64,000 bases of DNA from Candidatus Omnitrophota bacterium (GTDB lineage: Bacteria; Omnitrophota; Gorgyraeia; JAFGIU01): assembly GCA_016929445.1 (NCBI GenBank), contig JAFGIU010000055.1, positions 4,629-68,628 on the forward strand. The letters run 5' to 3'. Under the pieces are notes generated by a model, which saw only the letters and a list, made by a program, of their open reading frames with translations, ran no database searches and was not told the DNA's origin. Positions 1 to 10,704 of this stretch are shown here, piece by piece. Every line of letters starts with the position of its first letter. The first letter of the stretch is position 1. The translations under genes were made by a program, and so were the position numbers.

Positions 1-13
1 AATTCCGAGGGAC

Positions 14-781
14 TCATGAAGCCCCGGGCTCCGGGTAAGGCAGGTGCAGTCCGCATTCCTTCTTGTCGTCCGCAACGCTTTGATTAAACCAACGCCAACG
101 CCCGGCGCGGCGCGGCTCCCCCGGGCCGATGGGTGTCGTACAAATCACACAGCCCAGGGATTCATAACGCCAACCGTTCTGCTCCCACTCGAGTAAGGGA
201 TGCAAAGGCACATTGTGTTCTTCGAGATAGGCCCGAACCTGAGCCTCGGTCCAATCGGCCAAAGGACACACTTTGAGCAAAGAACGGCTGCCCTCTGGAA
301 AATCCAATGAAATCATTTCCAAGCGCCTGACCCCGGCACGGTGCTCCGACTGATCTGCCCGCAAACCCGTAACCCAGGCATCGAGGGTCGCCAAAGCCTC
401 TAGATTGGGTTCCACCTTGCGCAAACGGCAACAGAGTTCCTGCTTTTCTTTGGAATCAAAGAAGAGATTTTCTCCGTGCCGGGCAATCATCTGATCCAGA
501 TTAGCTTTATTCGGAGTGAAACGCTCGATCCGGAGCCCGTATCTCTTTTCCAGGGTCTGAAAATACTCGAGGGTTTCGGGGAAAAGGCGGCCGGTATCCA
601 GGGTGTAGACGCGGGGATGCAAGCCGGCTCCCACGGCCATATCCAGGATGGCGCTTCCGGCCAGTTGGCCGCTGGTGCCGAGGGCCGCACGATCGCCCAA
701 GAGCCCGAAGACCTCAACAAGGAGGTCTTCGGGAGCGGCTTTGGATTCGATTTGCTTGAGTAAAGTCGGGGTCACTTCCAT
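14..781 (-). CDS. cysH: Adenylyl-sulfate/phosphoadenylyl-sulfate reductase (thioredoxin), Fe-S type
   Basis: LDTGRLFPET, CCRLRKVEP, WVTGLR, SLGCVICT, R.GRW and ECGLH motifs; the CC...CxxC pattern indicates the 4Fe-4S APS-reductase type. Confidence 0.92.
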   Translation of the reverse strand: MEVTPTLLKQIESKAAPEDLLVEVFGLLGDRAALGTSGQLAGSAILDMAVGAGLHPRVYTLDTGRLFPETLEYFQTLEKRYGLRIERFTPNKANLDQMIARHGENLFFDSKEKQELCCRLRKVEPNLEALATLDAWVTGLRADQSEHRAGVRRLEMISLDFPEGSRSLLKVCPLADWTEAQVRAYLEEHNVPLHPLLEWEQNGWRYESLGCVICTTPIGPGEPRRAGRWRWFNQSVADDKKECGLHLPYPEPGAS

Positions 782-784
782 TGT

Positions 785-1402
785 TTAGATAATACCGCGC
801 TCAGCAAGCAACTCAATGACACGGCGCGTGCTCTGCTCCAAACTCTCTTTACCGCTGTCCAAAACAAGCTCGGCGCTCTCAGGCTCCTCATAGGGCGCTG
901 AAATACCCGTAAACTGCGGGATCTCTCCCGCGCGCGCCTTCTTGTACAAACCTTTGGGATCCCGTTCCTCGCAAACCTCCAAAGACGCGTCACAAAATAC
1001 CTCCAAGAAATCTCCAGCAGGAAGGAGCGCCCGCACCTGGTCCCGGTCTTCTCTATACGGAGAGATAAAAGCCGTAAGCACCACCACATTGGATTGAGCA
1101 AAAAGCTTGGCCACCTCCCCGATGCGGCGGATATTTTCCGTGCGGTCCTCAGGCGAAAAACCCAGGTTGCTGTTGAGACCATGCCGGATATTGTCGCCAT
1201 CCAGCACAAAGGCGTTGATGCCGTTCTCCACTAAAGCCAGCTCCACCTCGCGGGCCACCGTGGACTTGCCCGACCCGGACAGCCCCGTGAACCAGACCAC
1301 CGCACCCCGCTGGCCCAGTTTTTCAAGCCTCTGTTCTGTGGTGAGATTCCCGTGGTGCCAGCTGATATTCTCACTCACCGGGGAATTCTTGTTTGCGTTC
1401 AT
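785..1402 (-). CDS. cysC: Adenylyl-sulfate kinase
   Basis: WFTGLSGSGKST P-loop, LDGDNIRHGL, RDPKGLYKKARAG and FTGISAPYE; AAGGAG RBS upstream. Confidence 0.96.
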   Translation of the reverse strand: MNANKNSPVSENISWHHGNLTTEQRLEKLGQRGAVVWFTGLSGSGKSTVAREVELALVENGINAFVLDGDNIRHGLNSNLGFSPEDRTENIRRIGEVAKLFAQSNVVVLTAFISPYREDRDQVRALLPAGDFLEVFCDASLEVCEERDPKGLYKKARAGEIPQFTGISAPYEEPESAELVLDSGKESLEQSTRRVIELLAERGII

Positions 1403-1552
1403 AAAATTCTCCTTTGATGTAAACGGAAGGCAAAATTTTTATGATTTATCTCATAAGGACGGCTCAAATCCGGTATTCTACCGCAAAGCGCCCGGTTATG
1501 ATATCCTTTTAGCTCTTTAAGTTCAGAATTCCTGGAGCACGGAGCAATCCTC

Positions 1553-2962
1553 ATGGGTGAAAGTCTCTTTAACAAAGTTTGGAATGCCCACACAGTCCGC
1601 GAAATGCCTGACGGGCAAACCCAGCTCTTCATCGGGCTGCACCTCATTCACGAGGTCACCAGTCCCCAGGCCTTTGGCATGCTGCGTCAACTGGATCTGC
1701 CCGTGGCTTTTCCGGAGCGCACCTTTGCCACGGTGGACCACATCATCCCCACCGATACCCTGGAACGCCCCTTTCAAGACGCCCTGGCCGAAAACATGAT
1801 TGTGGCCCTCAAGAAGAATTGCGCCGAGCACGGCATCACCTATTTTGATGTGTCCAGCGGGCTCCAAGGCATTGTGCATGTGGTGGGACCTGAGTTGGGT
1901 CTGACCCAGCCGGGTGTAACAGCGGTTTGCGGGGATTCCCACACAGCCACACATGGAGCCTTCGGGGCCATTGCCATGGGGATCGGCACCAGCCAGGTGC
2001 GCGATGTGCTGGCCACCCAAACCCTGCGCATGGGCAAACTCAAGGTGCGGCGGATCAATGTCACAGGTTCCTTGAAGCCCGGAGTTTACGCCAAAGATGT
2101 CATCCTGCATATTATCCGCATTCTGGGGGTGAATGGCGGGTTGGGACATGCCTATGAATACGGCGGGAACGTGATCGAAAACATGAGCATGGAAGAGCGC
2201 ATGACCTTATGCAATATGTCTATTGAGGGAGGCGCGCGCGTAGGCTACGTCAACCCGGATGAAACCACCTTTGAATATCTGAAGGGCCGGCGCTACGCTC
2301 CCAAGGGCGCGGCCTGGGACAAAGCACTCTCCTATTGGAAGAGCATTGCATCAGATCCGGATGCCGTATACGACGATGTCTTGGAAATCCGCGGTGAAGA
2401 GATTCCGCCCACCGTGACTTGGGGCATCAATCCCGGCCAGGCCATTTCGGTTAAGGAGAACGTGCCCAGCGTGAACTCTGCGCCCGAAGCAGAACGCGCC
2501 TCAATAGCAGAGGCTCTGGAATACATGAAGCTCAAACCCGGAGCGCCGATTGAGGGTACACCGATCAATGTGGCCTTTATCGGCAGCTGCACGAACGGCC
2601 GTATTTCCGACCTCCGCGAGGTTGCCAAGCATGTGCAGGGCCACAAAGTTCTCCAGGGTGTGAAGGCGTTGGTTGTGCCCGGGTCCATGAGTGTGGCCCA
2701 GCAGGCCGAAGAAGAAGGGCTGGACAAGATTTTCACAGAGGCCGGATTTGAATGGCGAGAGCCCGGCTGTTCGATGTGCCTGGCAATGAACCCGGACAAG
2801 CTCATCGGCGATCAGATCTGCGCTTCCTCCAGTAATCGAAACTTCAAGGGGCGCCAGGGCAGCCCCTCGGGACGCACTCTCTTGATGAGCCCCGTAATGG
2901 TGGCCGCCGCGGCGATTCGCGGTGAAGTCGCAGACGCACGTGAAGTCTTTGGGACGGAGTAA
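1553..2962 (+). CDS. leuC: 3-isopropylmalate dehydratase large subunit
   Basis: [37 protein letters not shown] and [10 protein letters not shown] aconitase-family motifs. Confidence 0.97.
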   Translation: MGESLFNKVWNAHTVREMPDGQTQLFIGLHLIHEVTSPQAFGMLRQLDLPVAFPERTFATVDHIIPTDTLERPFQDALAENMIVALKKNCAEHGITYFDVSSGLQGIVHVVGPELGLTQPGVTAVCGDSHTATHGAFGAIAMGIGTSQVRDVLATQTLRMGKLKVRRINVTGSLKPGVYAKDVILHIIRILGVNGGLGHAYEYGGNVIENMSMEERMTLCNMSIEGGARVGYVNPDETTFEYLKGRRYAPKGAAWDKALSYWKSIASDPDAVYDDVLEIRGEEIPPTVTWGINPGQAISVKENVPSVNSAPEAERASIAEALEYMKLKPGAPIEGTPINVAFIGSCTNGRISDLREVAKHVQGHKVLQGVKALVVPGSMSVAQQAEEEGLDKIFTEAGFEWREPGCSMCLAMNPDKLIGDQICASSSNRNFKGRQGSPSGRTLLMSPVMVAAAAIRGEVADAREVFGTE

Positions 2963-2968
2963 AGAAAT

Positions 2969-3571
2969 ATGGCATTGGCAAAAATCAAACAACTAAGAGG
3001 CACCGGGGTTTATGTGCCCGGCGATGACCTGGATACGGACCGCATTATTCCGGCCCGTTTCATGAAATGCGTGACCTTTGACGGGCTCGGCGAGTACGCG
3101 TTCTATGACGCGCGCTTTGATGAGGACGGCAACTCCAAAGGACACCCGCTGGATGCTCCCTCCCACAAAGGGGCCTCTATCTTGATTTCCGGCAAGAATT
3201 TTGGCTGCGGCTCTTCGCGAGAGCACGCTCCGCAGTCCCTGTACCACTTTGGGCTGCGTGCGGTCCTTGCCGAATCCTTTGCCGAAATCTTTTTCGGGAA
3301 TTGCACCACCTTGGGAATCCCCTGCGCAGTCCTGAGCGCTACAGATCGCGAAGCTCTGGCCCAGGCGGTCGACGCAAATCCCAAGCTGGAAATTGAAATT
3401 GATTTGGAGAAAAGTGAGGTCCGTTTCGGCGAACGGAAAATGCAATTTAATATGCCGGAATCGGCGCGAGCTGCTTTAGCGGGAGGCCAGTGGGATCCGC
3501 TGAGTCAGCTGCTGGAGGCTAAGGAACAAGTCGCAGCCGTAGAATCCGCTCTCCCTTACCGCTTCGCGTAG
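2969..3571 (+). CDS. leuD: 3-isopropylmalate dehydratase small subunit
   Basis: DTDRIIPARF, NFGCGSSREHAP and SFAEIFFGN; directly follows leuC. Confidence 0.96.
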   Translation: MALAKIKQLRGTGVYVPGDDLDTDRIIPARFMKCVTFDGLGEYAFYDARFDEDGNSKGHPLDAPSHKGASILISGKNFGCGSSREHAPQSLYHFGLRAVLAESFAEIFFGNCTTLGIPCAVLSATDREALAQAVDANPKLEIEIDLEKSEVRFGERKMQFNMPESARAALAGGQWDPLSQLLEAKEQVAAVESALPYRFA

Positions 3572-3574
3572 CGG

Positions 3575-4339
3575 TCATCCCCGCAACATCTCAATCACTT
3601 CCTGATGGATCGCCCCGGCCGTAGCTACGGCACTGTCGGCCTGCACAGGATCTCCACCCTCGTAGTCTGTGATCTTACCGCCCGCACCGCGCACAATCGG
3701 AATCAAGGGCTGAATATCCCAGGCATTGACGATGGGATCCACCATGATATCCGCGTATCCCGTGGCCAAAAGATAGTATCCGAAGCAGTCGCCCCAACCT
3801 CGGAAAAGCTTTACGCGCTGAACCAGCGAATGAAAGGCTATCGGATCCTTGTGCTGCTCAATGGAGCGCACTGAAGTCGTCAGAAGAGTGGCACGGGAAA
3901 GGTGTTCACAAGAACGCACTCTGACCGGAATGCCGTTGAGCGTACACGATTCATCTGTACCCAAAAGGAGCTCGCCCAATACCGGCAAGTGCATGGCACC
4001 GGCCAGGGGCACTCCCGCCTCCAGATAACCGATCAAGGTGCCGAATAGCGGAGTCCCGCTGATAAAACTCTTGGTGCCGTCAATGGGATCCAGAATCCAC
4101 TGGCGTTCAGCGTCAGGCCGGCTGTGACCGTACTCTTCCCCCAGGATCCCGCAGTCCGGGTATTCCTCTTCCAAGACCTTGCGGATCGCAGCCTCGGCCT
4201 CGCGGTCAGCGACGGTAACCGGAGACTGATCCTGTTTTTCTTCGAATTCCATAGGCCGGCGAAAGTACCGGGTGATGAGCGGCCCGCTGATTTGAGTGAG
4301 CCGGGACATGGTTTTCAGGATAGGAGCCAGATCAGCCAT
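3575..4339 (-). CDS. hisN: Histidinol-phosphatase (inositol monophosphatase family)
   Basis: SPVTVADREAE, GEEYG, WILDPIDGTKSF, WGDCFGY and WD motifs; start placed at MADLAP (8-bp overlap with the upstream gene). Confidence 0.82.
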   Translation of the reverse strand: MADLAPILKTMSRLTQISGPLITRYFRRPMEFEEKQDQSPVTVADREAEAAIRKVLEEEYPDCGILGEEYGHSRPDAERQWILDPIDGTKSFISGTPLFGTLIGYLEAGVPLAGAMHLPVLGELLLGTDESCTLNGIPVRVRSCEHLSRATLLTTSVRSIEQHKDPIAFHSLVQRVKLFRGWGDCFGYYLLATGYADIMVDPIVNAWDIQPLIPIVRGAGGKITDYEGGDPVQADSAVATAGAIHQEVIEMLRG

Positions 4340-5114
4340 CGGATTCTTTAGCCTCTCCATCCGTCGCCAGACCAAAATCCGTCAGGACCGCCTCATACTT
4401 CAGGAGTCCTGCGGAACGGAATTTCAGCGGCAAACGCCGCGCGTCATCGCTTGCCCAAAGGCGAAACTCGTTGGGGTTGCCTGTAAAGGCCAGGGCCTCA
4501 AAGTCCCCGGCAGGGACCTCAACATTTTCGGACCCGGAAAATTTCAGGTCAAAGTCCACGGTCGGCAAAAACACATTGAGATTCCAGTCCGGAGCAAAAG
4601 ACTCGGTCTGCCGCACAAGATAAATCAAACAGATCACGTTGTGCAAGGGACCTGCCCGCTCGATTACCGTGGGCTCGCGGTCCGCGCCCTCCTGGGTCAC
4701 GGTGACGCGCTTGTTCAGCTGATCGTAGTCCTCAACAATCTTCTTGCGTGCACCCATCTGGCGGATATCGCGGAAAATCTTTACAGGCAGGAAATTGTCG
4801 GGGGAAAGATAGATCTCCTCCCGGTCGTCGAAGGTCGCGGTATCCAACGCGACCACGATCTTATGCAGCCTCTGTCCCTCAAAATCAACATTCGGATAAA
4901 AGGTCATGACTGCCGAACCGATGCGTACACGCTTCCAATAAATCTTGAAGCGCATCTGTTCCCCTTCCGCAAAGGGAGCCAGAGTCTCCAGCGGCTTCAC
5001 AAATTGCTCGGGCAGACGAGCCAGCTGAGTCAGCTGGTAAATGCCGAAACCCAAGCAAAGCGCCGCGCCCACGGCAAAGAGGCTGATTAGGAATGAACGG
5101 AGGAGTCGCTTCAT
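4332..5114 (-). CDS. DUF3108-like membrane-anchored protein
   Basis: N-terminal TM/signal segment; GE.M.F.I.W, VPAG.F.A and LW.SDD.RRLP patterns resemble DUF3108. Confidence 0.6.
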   Translation of the reverse strand: MKRLLRSFLISLFAVGAALCLGFGIYQLTQLARLPEQFVKPLETLAPFAEGEQMRFKIYWKRVRIGSAVMTFYPNVDFEGQRLHKIVVALDTATFDDREEIYLSPDNFLPVKIFRDIRQMGARKKIVEDYDQLNKRVTVTQEGADREPTVIERAGPLHNVICLIYLVRQTESFAPDWNLNVFLPTVDFDLKFSGSENVEVPAGDFEALAFTGNPNEFRLWASDDARRLPLKFRSAGLLKYEAVLTDFGLATDGEAKESDG

Positions 5115-5174
5115 AAAAGTGGATAACTCAAGTGGAAACAGAAGTTAATTTGTTTATTAATATCCTTACTAACA

Positions 5175-5203
5175 TTGACTCTGTGCCCTTGGGCGCGTAT
5201 AAT
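5175..5203 (+). promoter_or_regulatory. Sigma70-type promoter for the radical SAM/methyltransferase pair
   Basis: TTGACT-17 bp-TATAAT. Confidence 0.75.
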
Positions 5204-5269
5204 TGGTGCTTAGTATAACAAGATTAGTCAGTTAGCGCTACGGCGGGCCCACCCCCTGGGAAAGCATCC

Positions 5270-6742
5270 ATGAACTCATCCAAGGTCGACATTCTCTTTG
5301 TGAACCAGCCCTCGCCGGACAAGGACTGGATCATCCGTGATATCAACCGCTCCGGCCGCAAGACGCGGGAACACATGATCTGGCCCCAGACCAATTTAGC
5401 CTGGGAAGCCGCAGTCATGCGGGATGCCGGATTCACCGTGCAAATTATTGATTCCGTGGCTTCGCGTCTGAGTTGGGAGGAGCTGGAGCTCCGTGTCCAG
5501 GACCTCAAACCCCGCTACGTGGTTGCGAATGTAATCTCCACCACACTCAATAACGACATGCGGCTTTTCTTTTACGCCAAGGCCCAGGGCTCAATCACCA
5601 TTGCCCACGGCCCCCATATCACGGACAAACCGCTTGAGTCTCTCCGGGACTTCCCCTGCGTGGATTACTGCGTGATGAACGAGGCGGAGGAAGCTCTGCG
5701 CGAACTCATTCTGGAAATTGAAAAAGGAACCGGGGATTTGGGCCATATTCTAGGCATTGCCTGGCGGCGCGGAACCGAACCGGTACGGAACGGAAAGCGC
5801 CCGTTTATTGCAGACCTGGATTCCCTTCCCTCCCCGGCCTATGAGCTGCTTCCCTTGGACAAATACTATATGCCCTTTTTCGGCAACTATGTCTTTATTG
5901 AGGGAGGCCGCGGTTGCCCTTACCGGTGTATCTATTGCAGGCAGACTGTCATGTGGGAAAGCCGCGTGCGCAACCGCAGCGCTGAAATCCTCTTTAAAGA
6001 GGTCAAGCAACTCCACGACCTGGGTATGAAGCATGTGATGTTCCACCACGACACCTTTACCGCGGACCGGCGCATGGTGATGCGGCTCTGCGAACTCATT
6101 ATCGAGAGCGGACTCAAAATCAAGTGGTGCTGTAACACCCATGTGGCGCGGGTGGACGAGGAGTTGGTGGGAATGATGAAGAAGGCCGGATGCTGGATGA
6201 TCGCGCCGGGTTTTGAGACCGCTGACCAGACAATCCTTGACAATGTCCAAAAGCGGGCCACGGTTGAACAGAATATCCGGGCCGCTCACATGATTCACAA
6301 TGCGGGCATCGAGGTGTGGGGTTACTTCATGTTCGGCAATCCCGGCGAAACGCACGAAACGATCCGGCGCACCATTGATATGGCCAAGGAACTGCCGATC
6401 ACCATCGCCAATTTCGCCATTGCCAGTCCTTATCCCGGGACGGAATTCCATCGCCAGGCCGAAGCCAACGGCTGGCTGGTCAAACAAGCGGCCTGGGAAG
6501 ATTACGATCAGAACTATTCTCCTGTGGTAGACTACGGTCATCTTAAGCCCGAGGATATTTATCAAGCTCTTAAGACTGCAAACCGCGAATTCTTTTTCAG
6601 GCCCAAGCCGCTCCTGCGCATTGCCAAGGAAATGAAAAGCTGGCCCATGATTAAGTCGTTATTCGGAATTACGCTGAGTTATCTCAAGTTGTTCTTGGGC
6701 AAGGAAACTGTCCAGAAGAAAGTACGCGAGCGCGCCGCTTAG
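5270..6742 (+). CDS. Cobalamin-binding radical SAM protein (class B / HpnJ-BchE-like)
   Basis: N-terminal B12-binding-like domain (GPH, EAE), RGCPYRCIYC motif, DDTF-like HHDTF, FMFGNPGET and PYPGT. Confidence 0.85.
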   Translation: MNSSKVDILFVNQPSPDKDWIIRDINRSGRKTREHMIWPQTNLAWEAAVMRDAGFTVQIIDSVASRLSWEELELRVQDLKPRYVVANVISTTLNNDMRLFFYAKAQGSITIAHGPHITDKPLESLRDFPCVDYCVMNEAEEALRELILEIEKGTGDLGHILGIAWRRGTEPVRNGKRPFIADLDSLPSPAYELLPLDKYYMPFFGNYVFIEGGRGCPYRCIYCRQTVMWESRVRNRSAEILFKEVKQLHDLGMKHVMFHHDTFTADRRMVMRLCELIIESGLKIKWCCNTHVARVDEELVGMMKKAGCWMIAPGFETADQTILDNVQKRATVEQNIRAAHMIHNAGIEVWGYFMFGNPGETHETIRRTIDMAKELPITIANFAIASPYPGTEFHRQAEANGWLVKQAAWEDYDQNYSPVVDYGHLKPEDIYQALKTANREFFFRPKPLLRIAKEMKSWPMIKSLFGITLSYLKLFLGKETVQKKVRERAA

Positions 6743-6756
6743 CTGGCGGATAGACC

Positions 6757-6789
6757 AAGGGACATATCTCCGAAGGAGATCTGTCCCTT
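6757..6789. repeat. GGGAC..GTCCC inverted-repeat element (family B)
   Basis: AAGGGACATATCTCC-GAA-GGAGATCTGTCCCTT hairpin between genes. Confidence 0.75.
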
Positions 6790-6805
6790 AATGAGAGAAC
6801 CACAA

Positions 6806-7294
6806 ATGTCTGATCTGTCTCATGTAAAGCGCATTGACATCGGTTGCGGCCTCCCGGACCAGAAGTACCCCGAGTGCTTTGGGATGGACGTTAATCCCAA
6901 ATACAATCCCGACCTATTGCACAACTGCGATGACGGCGTCCCCTTTGCAGACAACCAACTCAGTTTTATCAATAGTGACAACTCCCTGGAACACGTCAAA
7001 AATCCCTACTTTGTCCTCAAGGAATGCTACCGCTGCCTCGAACCCGGCGGCACCATGCGCCTGGTAGTTCCCAACTGCCAGTGGTTCCCTCTCGTGCTAC
7101 TCAACTTGGTGATCGATCTGGACTGGTTCTGGCACAAGTGGATGAATCTGTCCTTCAAAAAGGAGCGCGGCATTCACTGGACGCTCTATACGCCCTTCCT
7201 CATCACCAAAGTCGTCAAGGATGTGGGGTTTAAAGTGGAGAGCCGGAAGGGATTCCTGTATTCCAAGGAAATTGAGCTCTTCCTGCGCAAGTAG
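6806..7294 (+). CDS. Class I SAM-dependent methyltransferase domain protein
   Basis: IDIGCG motif I, LEH and L.PGG.M.L.VP; alternative start at 6791. Confidence 0.8.
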   Translation: MSDLSHVKRIDIGCGLPDQKYPECFGMDVNPKYNPDLLHNCDDGVPFADNQLSFINSDNSLEHVKNPYFVLKECYRCLEPGGTMRLVVPNCQWFPLVLLNLVIDLDWFWHKWMNLSFKKERGIHWTLYTPFLITKVVKDVGFKVESRKGFLYSKEIELFLRK

Positions 7295-7299
7295 CTTAT

Positions 7300-7356
7300 A
7301 GGGAGGTTCTTACGGCCCGTGGAGTTCAGCAGACGCTAAGAACCGTCCCTGACTCA
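7300..7356. repeat. Family B inverted-repeat element between convergent genes
   Basis: AGGGAGGTTCTTA ... TAAGAACCGTCCCT; the right arm GACGCTAAGA(A/C)C.GTCCCTGACTC recurs at 15839-15862. Confidence 0.65.
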
Positions 7357-7365
7357 GCCTGCAAG

Positions 7366-8235
7366 TCAAACCGCAAGGCCAAGATTCTTCAGCACAACTT
7401 CAACAGATCCCGACTTATTCAACGAGTAGAAATGCAGGCCCGGGCATCCAAAATCGAGGAGACCTTGCGCCTGTTCGGTGGCAAGTTCGATTCCGTATTC
7501 CGTGGCAGCCGCCTCATCCTCCTTGAGTCTCTCGAGCCGGGCTGAGACCTTGTCCGGAATCGTGGATTTACAGATAGCTGTGAATCGCTGCACTTGATCC
7601 CGGGAAAGAATGGGCAAAATCCCAGGGACAATCGGCACTTTAATGCCGGCCTTGCGCGCGGCATCGTGGAATTCATAAAAGTGGGCGTTATCAAAAAAAA
7701 GTTGGGTCACAATCACGCTGGCTCCGGCATCGACCTTTTTCTTAAGATAGGCAATATCGCTCCGGCGGTCCGGGGACTCCGGGTGGAGCTCCGGAAAACC
7801 GGCTACGGCGATGGAAAAGTAATGATAGCTCGCAGCAGCCTCAACCAAATCCGCAGCATAGTGAAACCCATCCGCATGCGCACTAAACTCCTTTTCACCT
7901 TTGGGAGGATCCCCGCGCAAAGCCATGATATTGGGAATCTCCTTGTCTCTGAGAAACTCCAGGTTCGAATGAATCTCCTCTTTGGACTGGCCCACCACAG
8001 TCAGATGACATACGGTCTCTAAAGCCAGGCGATTCTTCAGTTGATCCACCAGATCCAGCGTAAGGTCCCGCGTGCTCCCCGCAGCGCCATAGGTAACAGA
8101 AAAGAAGGCCGGGTCAAAAAGACGCAAACGATCCACCTGCTTCCACAAAGCCTCCAGGCCCTGAGGCGTTTTTGGGGGGAAAAGTTCAATGGAGATATCG
8201 GGTTTATTGGATTGGTAAAGCTGTTCGAGCTTCAT
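7366..8235 (-). CDS. metF: 5,10-methylenetetrahydrofolate reductase
   Basis: SIELFPPK, SVTYGAAGSTR, ALRGDPP, VTQLFFD and LHFYSLN. Confidence 0.95.
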   Translation of the reverse strand: MKLEQLYQSNKPDISIELFPPKTPQGLEALWKQVDRLRLFDPAFFSVTYGAAGSTRDLTLDLVDQLKNRLALETVCHLTVVGQSKEEIHSNLEFLRDKEIPNIMALRGDPPKGEKEFSAHADGFHYAADLVEAAASYHYFSIAVAGFPELHPESPDRRSDIAYLKKKVDAGASVIVTQLFFDNAHFYEFHDAARKAGIKVPIVPGILPILSRDQVQRFTAICKSTIPDKVSARLERLKEDEAAATEYGIELATEQAQGLLDFGCPGLHFYSLNKSGSVEVVLKNLGLAV

Positions 8236-8243
8236 CGCCCTGG

Positions 8244-9689
8244 CTACTCCGCAGCAGGTTCTTCATCGGCGCCGTAAAGAGATTCCATGAATCCTACCAG
8301 CCACTTATGCACATTGTTGCGGCGAATCTCGGAGCGCAAAAGGGTCATGCGTTTAGATTGTTCTTCCGGATCCATAGTGAGGGCCTGATACAAGGCCTCC
8401 GCCGTACCCTCCAAGTGATACGGATTGACCGCCAACGCACCCTTAGACAAAGCATCGGCCGCACCGGTGAACTCACTCAAAACAAGCACACCCCGGTTAT
8501 CCACACGGGCAGCGCAGTATTCCTTGGCCACGAGATTCATGCCATCGCGCAACGGTGTTACCAGGCAAACTTCGCAAGCCAGGTAATGGGCCAAGAGCTC
8601 CTCACGATCCAAAGCGCGAAACATGTAGTGGATAGGCACCCAGCCGTGGCGGGCAAACCTGCCGTTAATGCGCCCGGCCAAACCCTCCAGCAAACCCTTT
8701 AGATTCTGGTAGCCCGGCACACGGGTACGGCTGGGCACAACCACTTGCAAGAGGGACACTTTACCGTGCAGCTCCGGATGCTGTTCGAGCATCTTCTCAA
8801 AAGCATGGTATCTTTCGGGAATGCCCTTTGTGTAATCCAGGCGATCAAGACCCAGAATAAGTTTGCTCGCACTCACTTCCTGCCGGATCTTTTCCGCCCA
8901 TTCTTTGATCTTGGGTGTGTCTGCGGCATCATTAAACTCCGCAAAATCAATACTGATAGGGTTGTGCCAAGCCCGTGTGATGCGTCCGGCATGGCGAATA
9001 ATCCGTTGCCTGCCCTTGCGTGTAATCTCAGATCCCGGAACCAGGGCGCCCACACAACGCCGGAAGTTACGCCGGTCCCTCAGAGTCTGGAAGCCGACCA
9101 CGGAATAGTCCAAGAGAGCGCTCATCAGTTCACGCTTCCACGGCAGACGCGCTATTAAGTCCTGGGAAGGAAACGGAGTGTGGAGAAAAAAACCGATAGG
9201 CTGCGTCACTCCAAGTTGTCTCAATTGCCGGCCCACCAAGAGCAGTTGGTAATCGTGAATCCAGACCACATCGTCCGGCCTCAGAGACTCTGCAATCGTT
9301 TCGGCAAAATGGCGATTGGCATTGACATACGCATCCCAGGCGTCGCTTTCAAACTTGCACTGCCCCAGCAAATCGTGAAAGAGAGGCCAAAGTGTTTCGT
9401 TGGAAAATCCGCGATAAAATTTGCTGGCCTCATCCGGGCTCAGCAAGACCGGACGAATATCGTAGGTTTGTTTCTGGCTGTACTCCTTGAGCAAAGCTTC
9501 TACTGGAGCCCCCTCCTCCTCCACACCTGACCAACCAATCCAGAGCCCGCGGTTTGCGGACATGACAGGCACAAGAGCTGTAACCAAACCTCCGGAGCCG
9601 GACCGGATCTCCCAGGATTCCCCTTCGCGGGTCACCACAATCGGTAAACGATTCGAGACCACAACAAGCCGCTTCTCTAAAGTTGTCAT
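8244..9689 (-). CDS. otsA: Trehalose-6-phosphate synthase (GT20)
   Basis: [35 protein letters not shown] and [11 protein letters not shown]. Confidence 0.93.
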   Translation of the reverse strand: MTTLEKRLVVVSNRLPIVVTREGESWEIRSGSGGLVTALVPVMSANRGLWIGWSGVEEEGAPVEALLKEYSQKQTYDIRPVLLSPDEASKFYRGFSNETLWPLFHDLLGQCKFESDAWDAYVNANRHFAETIAESLRPDDVVWIHDYQLLLVGRQLRQLGVTQPIGFFLHTPFPSQDLIARLPWKRELMSALLDYSVVGFQTLRDRRNFRRCVGALVPGSEITRKGRQRIIRHAGRITRAWHNPISIDFAEFNDAADTPKIKEWAEKIRQEVSASKLILGLDRLDYTKGIPERYHAFEKMLEQHPELHGKVSLLQVVVPSRTRVPGYQNLKGLLEGLAGRINGRFARHGWVPIHYMFRALDREELLAHYLACEVCLVTPLRDGMNLVAKEYCAARVDNRGVLVLSEFTGAADALSKGALAVNPYHLEGTAEALYQALTMDPEEQSKRMTLLRSEIRRNNVHKWLVGFMESLYGADEEPAAE

Positions 9690-10480
9690 CGTTTTGCCTC
9701 ACAGGCTTCCAGCCATTTTCCCAAAAATTCCAGCAGCTCTTCCGGCGGTTTGACCCATAAATCCGCCCGGGTTTCTCTGAATTCAGGCCGGACCAACACA
9801 CAGAGCCCGCGTTCACCCAGAGCTTGAAAGGCATCTTCGTCCGTCTTGTCGTCGCCAAGGTAGGCCACCGGATCTTTCCCGTCGATCTCCTGCAGGATTG
9901 CCTCCACGGCCGTGCCCTTGTTGCGCCCTGCAGCCCGGATCTCCAAGCCGCCGTCAAATTCGTGGAATTCCAGGGGCCACTTCTTGGCCGCTTCAATACA
10001 CTGCTGCCGGACTCGATCCATCTGAAGATGAAAACCGGTCCCCTCGCGGCCTCTCCAATGAAAGGCAATACTATAGGGTTTGATTTCCAAAGCCTCGCCC
10101 AGGCCCTCCCCCTCGGCCCAGGCCTGCATTTCCCCAAGTCCCAACTGCATTTCCACATCCAGATTCGGACGAAGGAGTTCGCCGGTGGATAACATCCTCT
10201 CCCAACCGTGACAACCCCAGATCTCCGGATGAGGTACCACGCCCAAAAGGGCGATAACTTCCGAAACCGGCCGGCCGCTTACGAGGACCGTGCGGCATTT
10301 AGGACTCTGGACCAACGGACGCAGCAGCTTCGCCACTCCTGGATAGGGCTTGGCTTCATTGCGTTTGACCACAAAGGGCGCCAGTGTACCGTCGTAGTCC
10401 AGGAGCAAAGCGCAGCGTTCGGCTTGGGCGAGCTCATTCCAGAAAAATGGGAGTTGGATGGTTTTGTCCAGAATTTCCAT
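9686..10480 (-). CDS. otsB: Trehalose-6-phosphate phosphatase (HAD)
   Basis: LDYDGTL, VSGR, NKG and GDDKTDEDAF; 4-bp overlap with otsA. Confidence 0.92.
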   Translation of the reverse strand: MEILDKTIQLPFFWNELAQAERCALLLDYDGTLAPFVVKRNEAKPYPGVAKLLRPLVQSPKCRTVLVSGRPVSEVIALLGVVPHPEIWGCHGWERMLSTGELLRPNLDVEMQLGLGEMQAWAEGEGLGEALEIKPYSIAFHWRGREGTGFHLQMDRVRQQCIEAAKKWPLEFHEFDGGLEIRAAGRNKGTAVEAILQEIDGKDPVAYLGDDKTDEDAFQALGERGLCVLVRPEFRETRADLWVKPPEELLEFLGKWLEACEAKR

Positions 10481-10550
10481 AGAATTTATGCTTACATGAA
10501 GATCGGCTATAGTTTACGACAAACGAGCATATTCTGCACCCACAGCCTTT

Positions 10551-10664
10551 ATGCAAGGACCACGCGTCTTTTTTCTGTGTACAGGGAATTCCTGGCGGAG
10601 CCGGATGGCCGAGGCAGGCGTGGATATTTCCGGGCAGCAGTCCAAGAACGTGAAGGACTTGCTG
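10551..10664 (+). pseudogene. arsC: Arsenate reductase (LMW-PTP type ArsC) remnant with internal deletion
   Basis: VFFLCTGNSWRSRMAE is a degenerate CTGNSCRSQMAE P-loop, joined directly to the downstream MAEAGVDISGQQSK segment; similarity then ends. Confidence 0.75.
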
Positions 10665-10704
10665 ATGAGGAAAAACAACTCGACTGCTGCCGGCGTATGC
10701 GGTC

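Noticed and set aside
14-1402. Co-occurrence of an Fe-S APS-type cysH with cysC as a novelty
   Set aside because: A common arrangement in bacteria; PAPS is also needed for sulfotransfer
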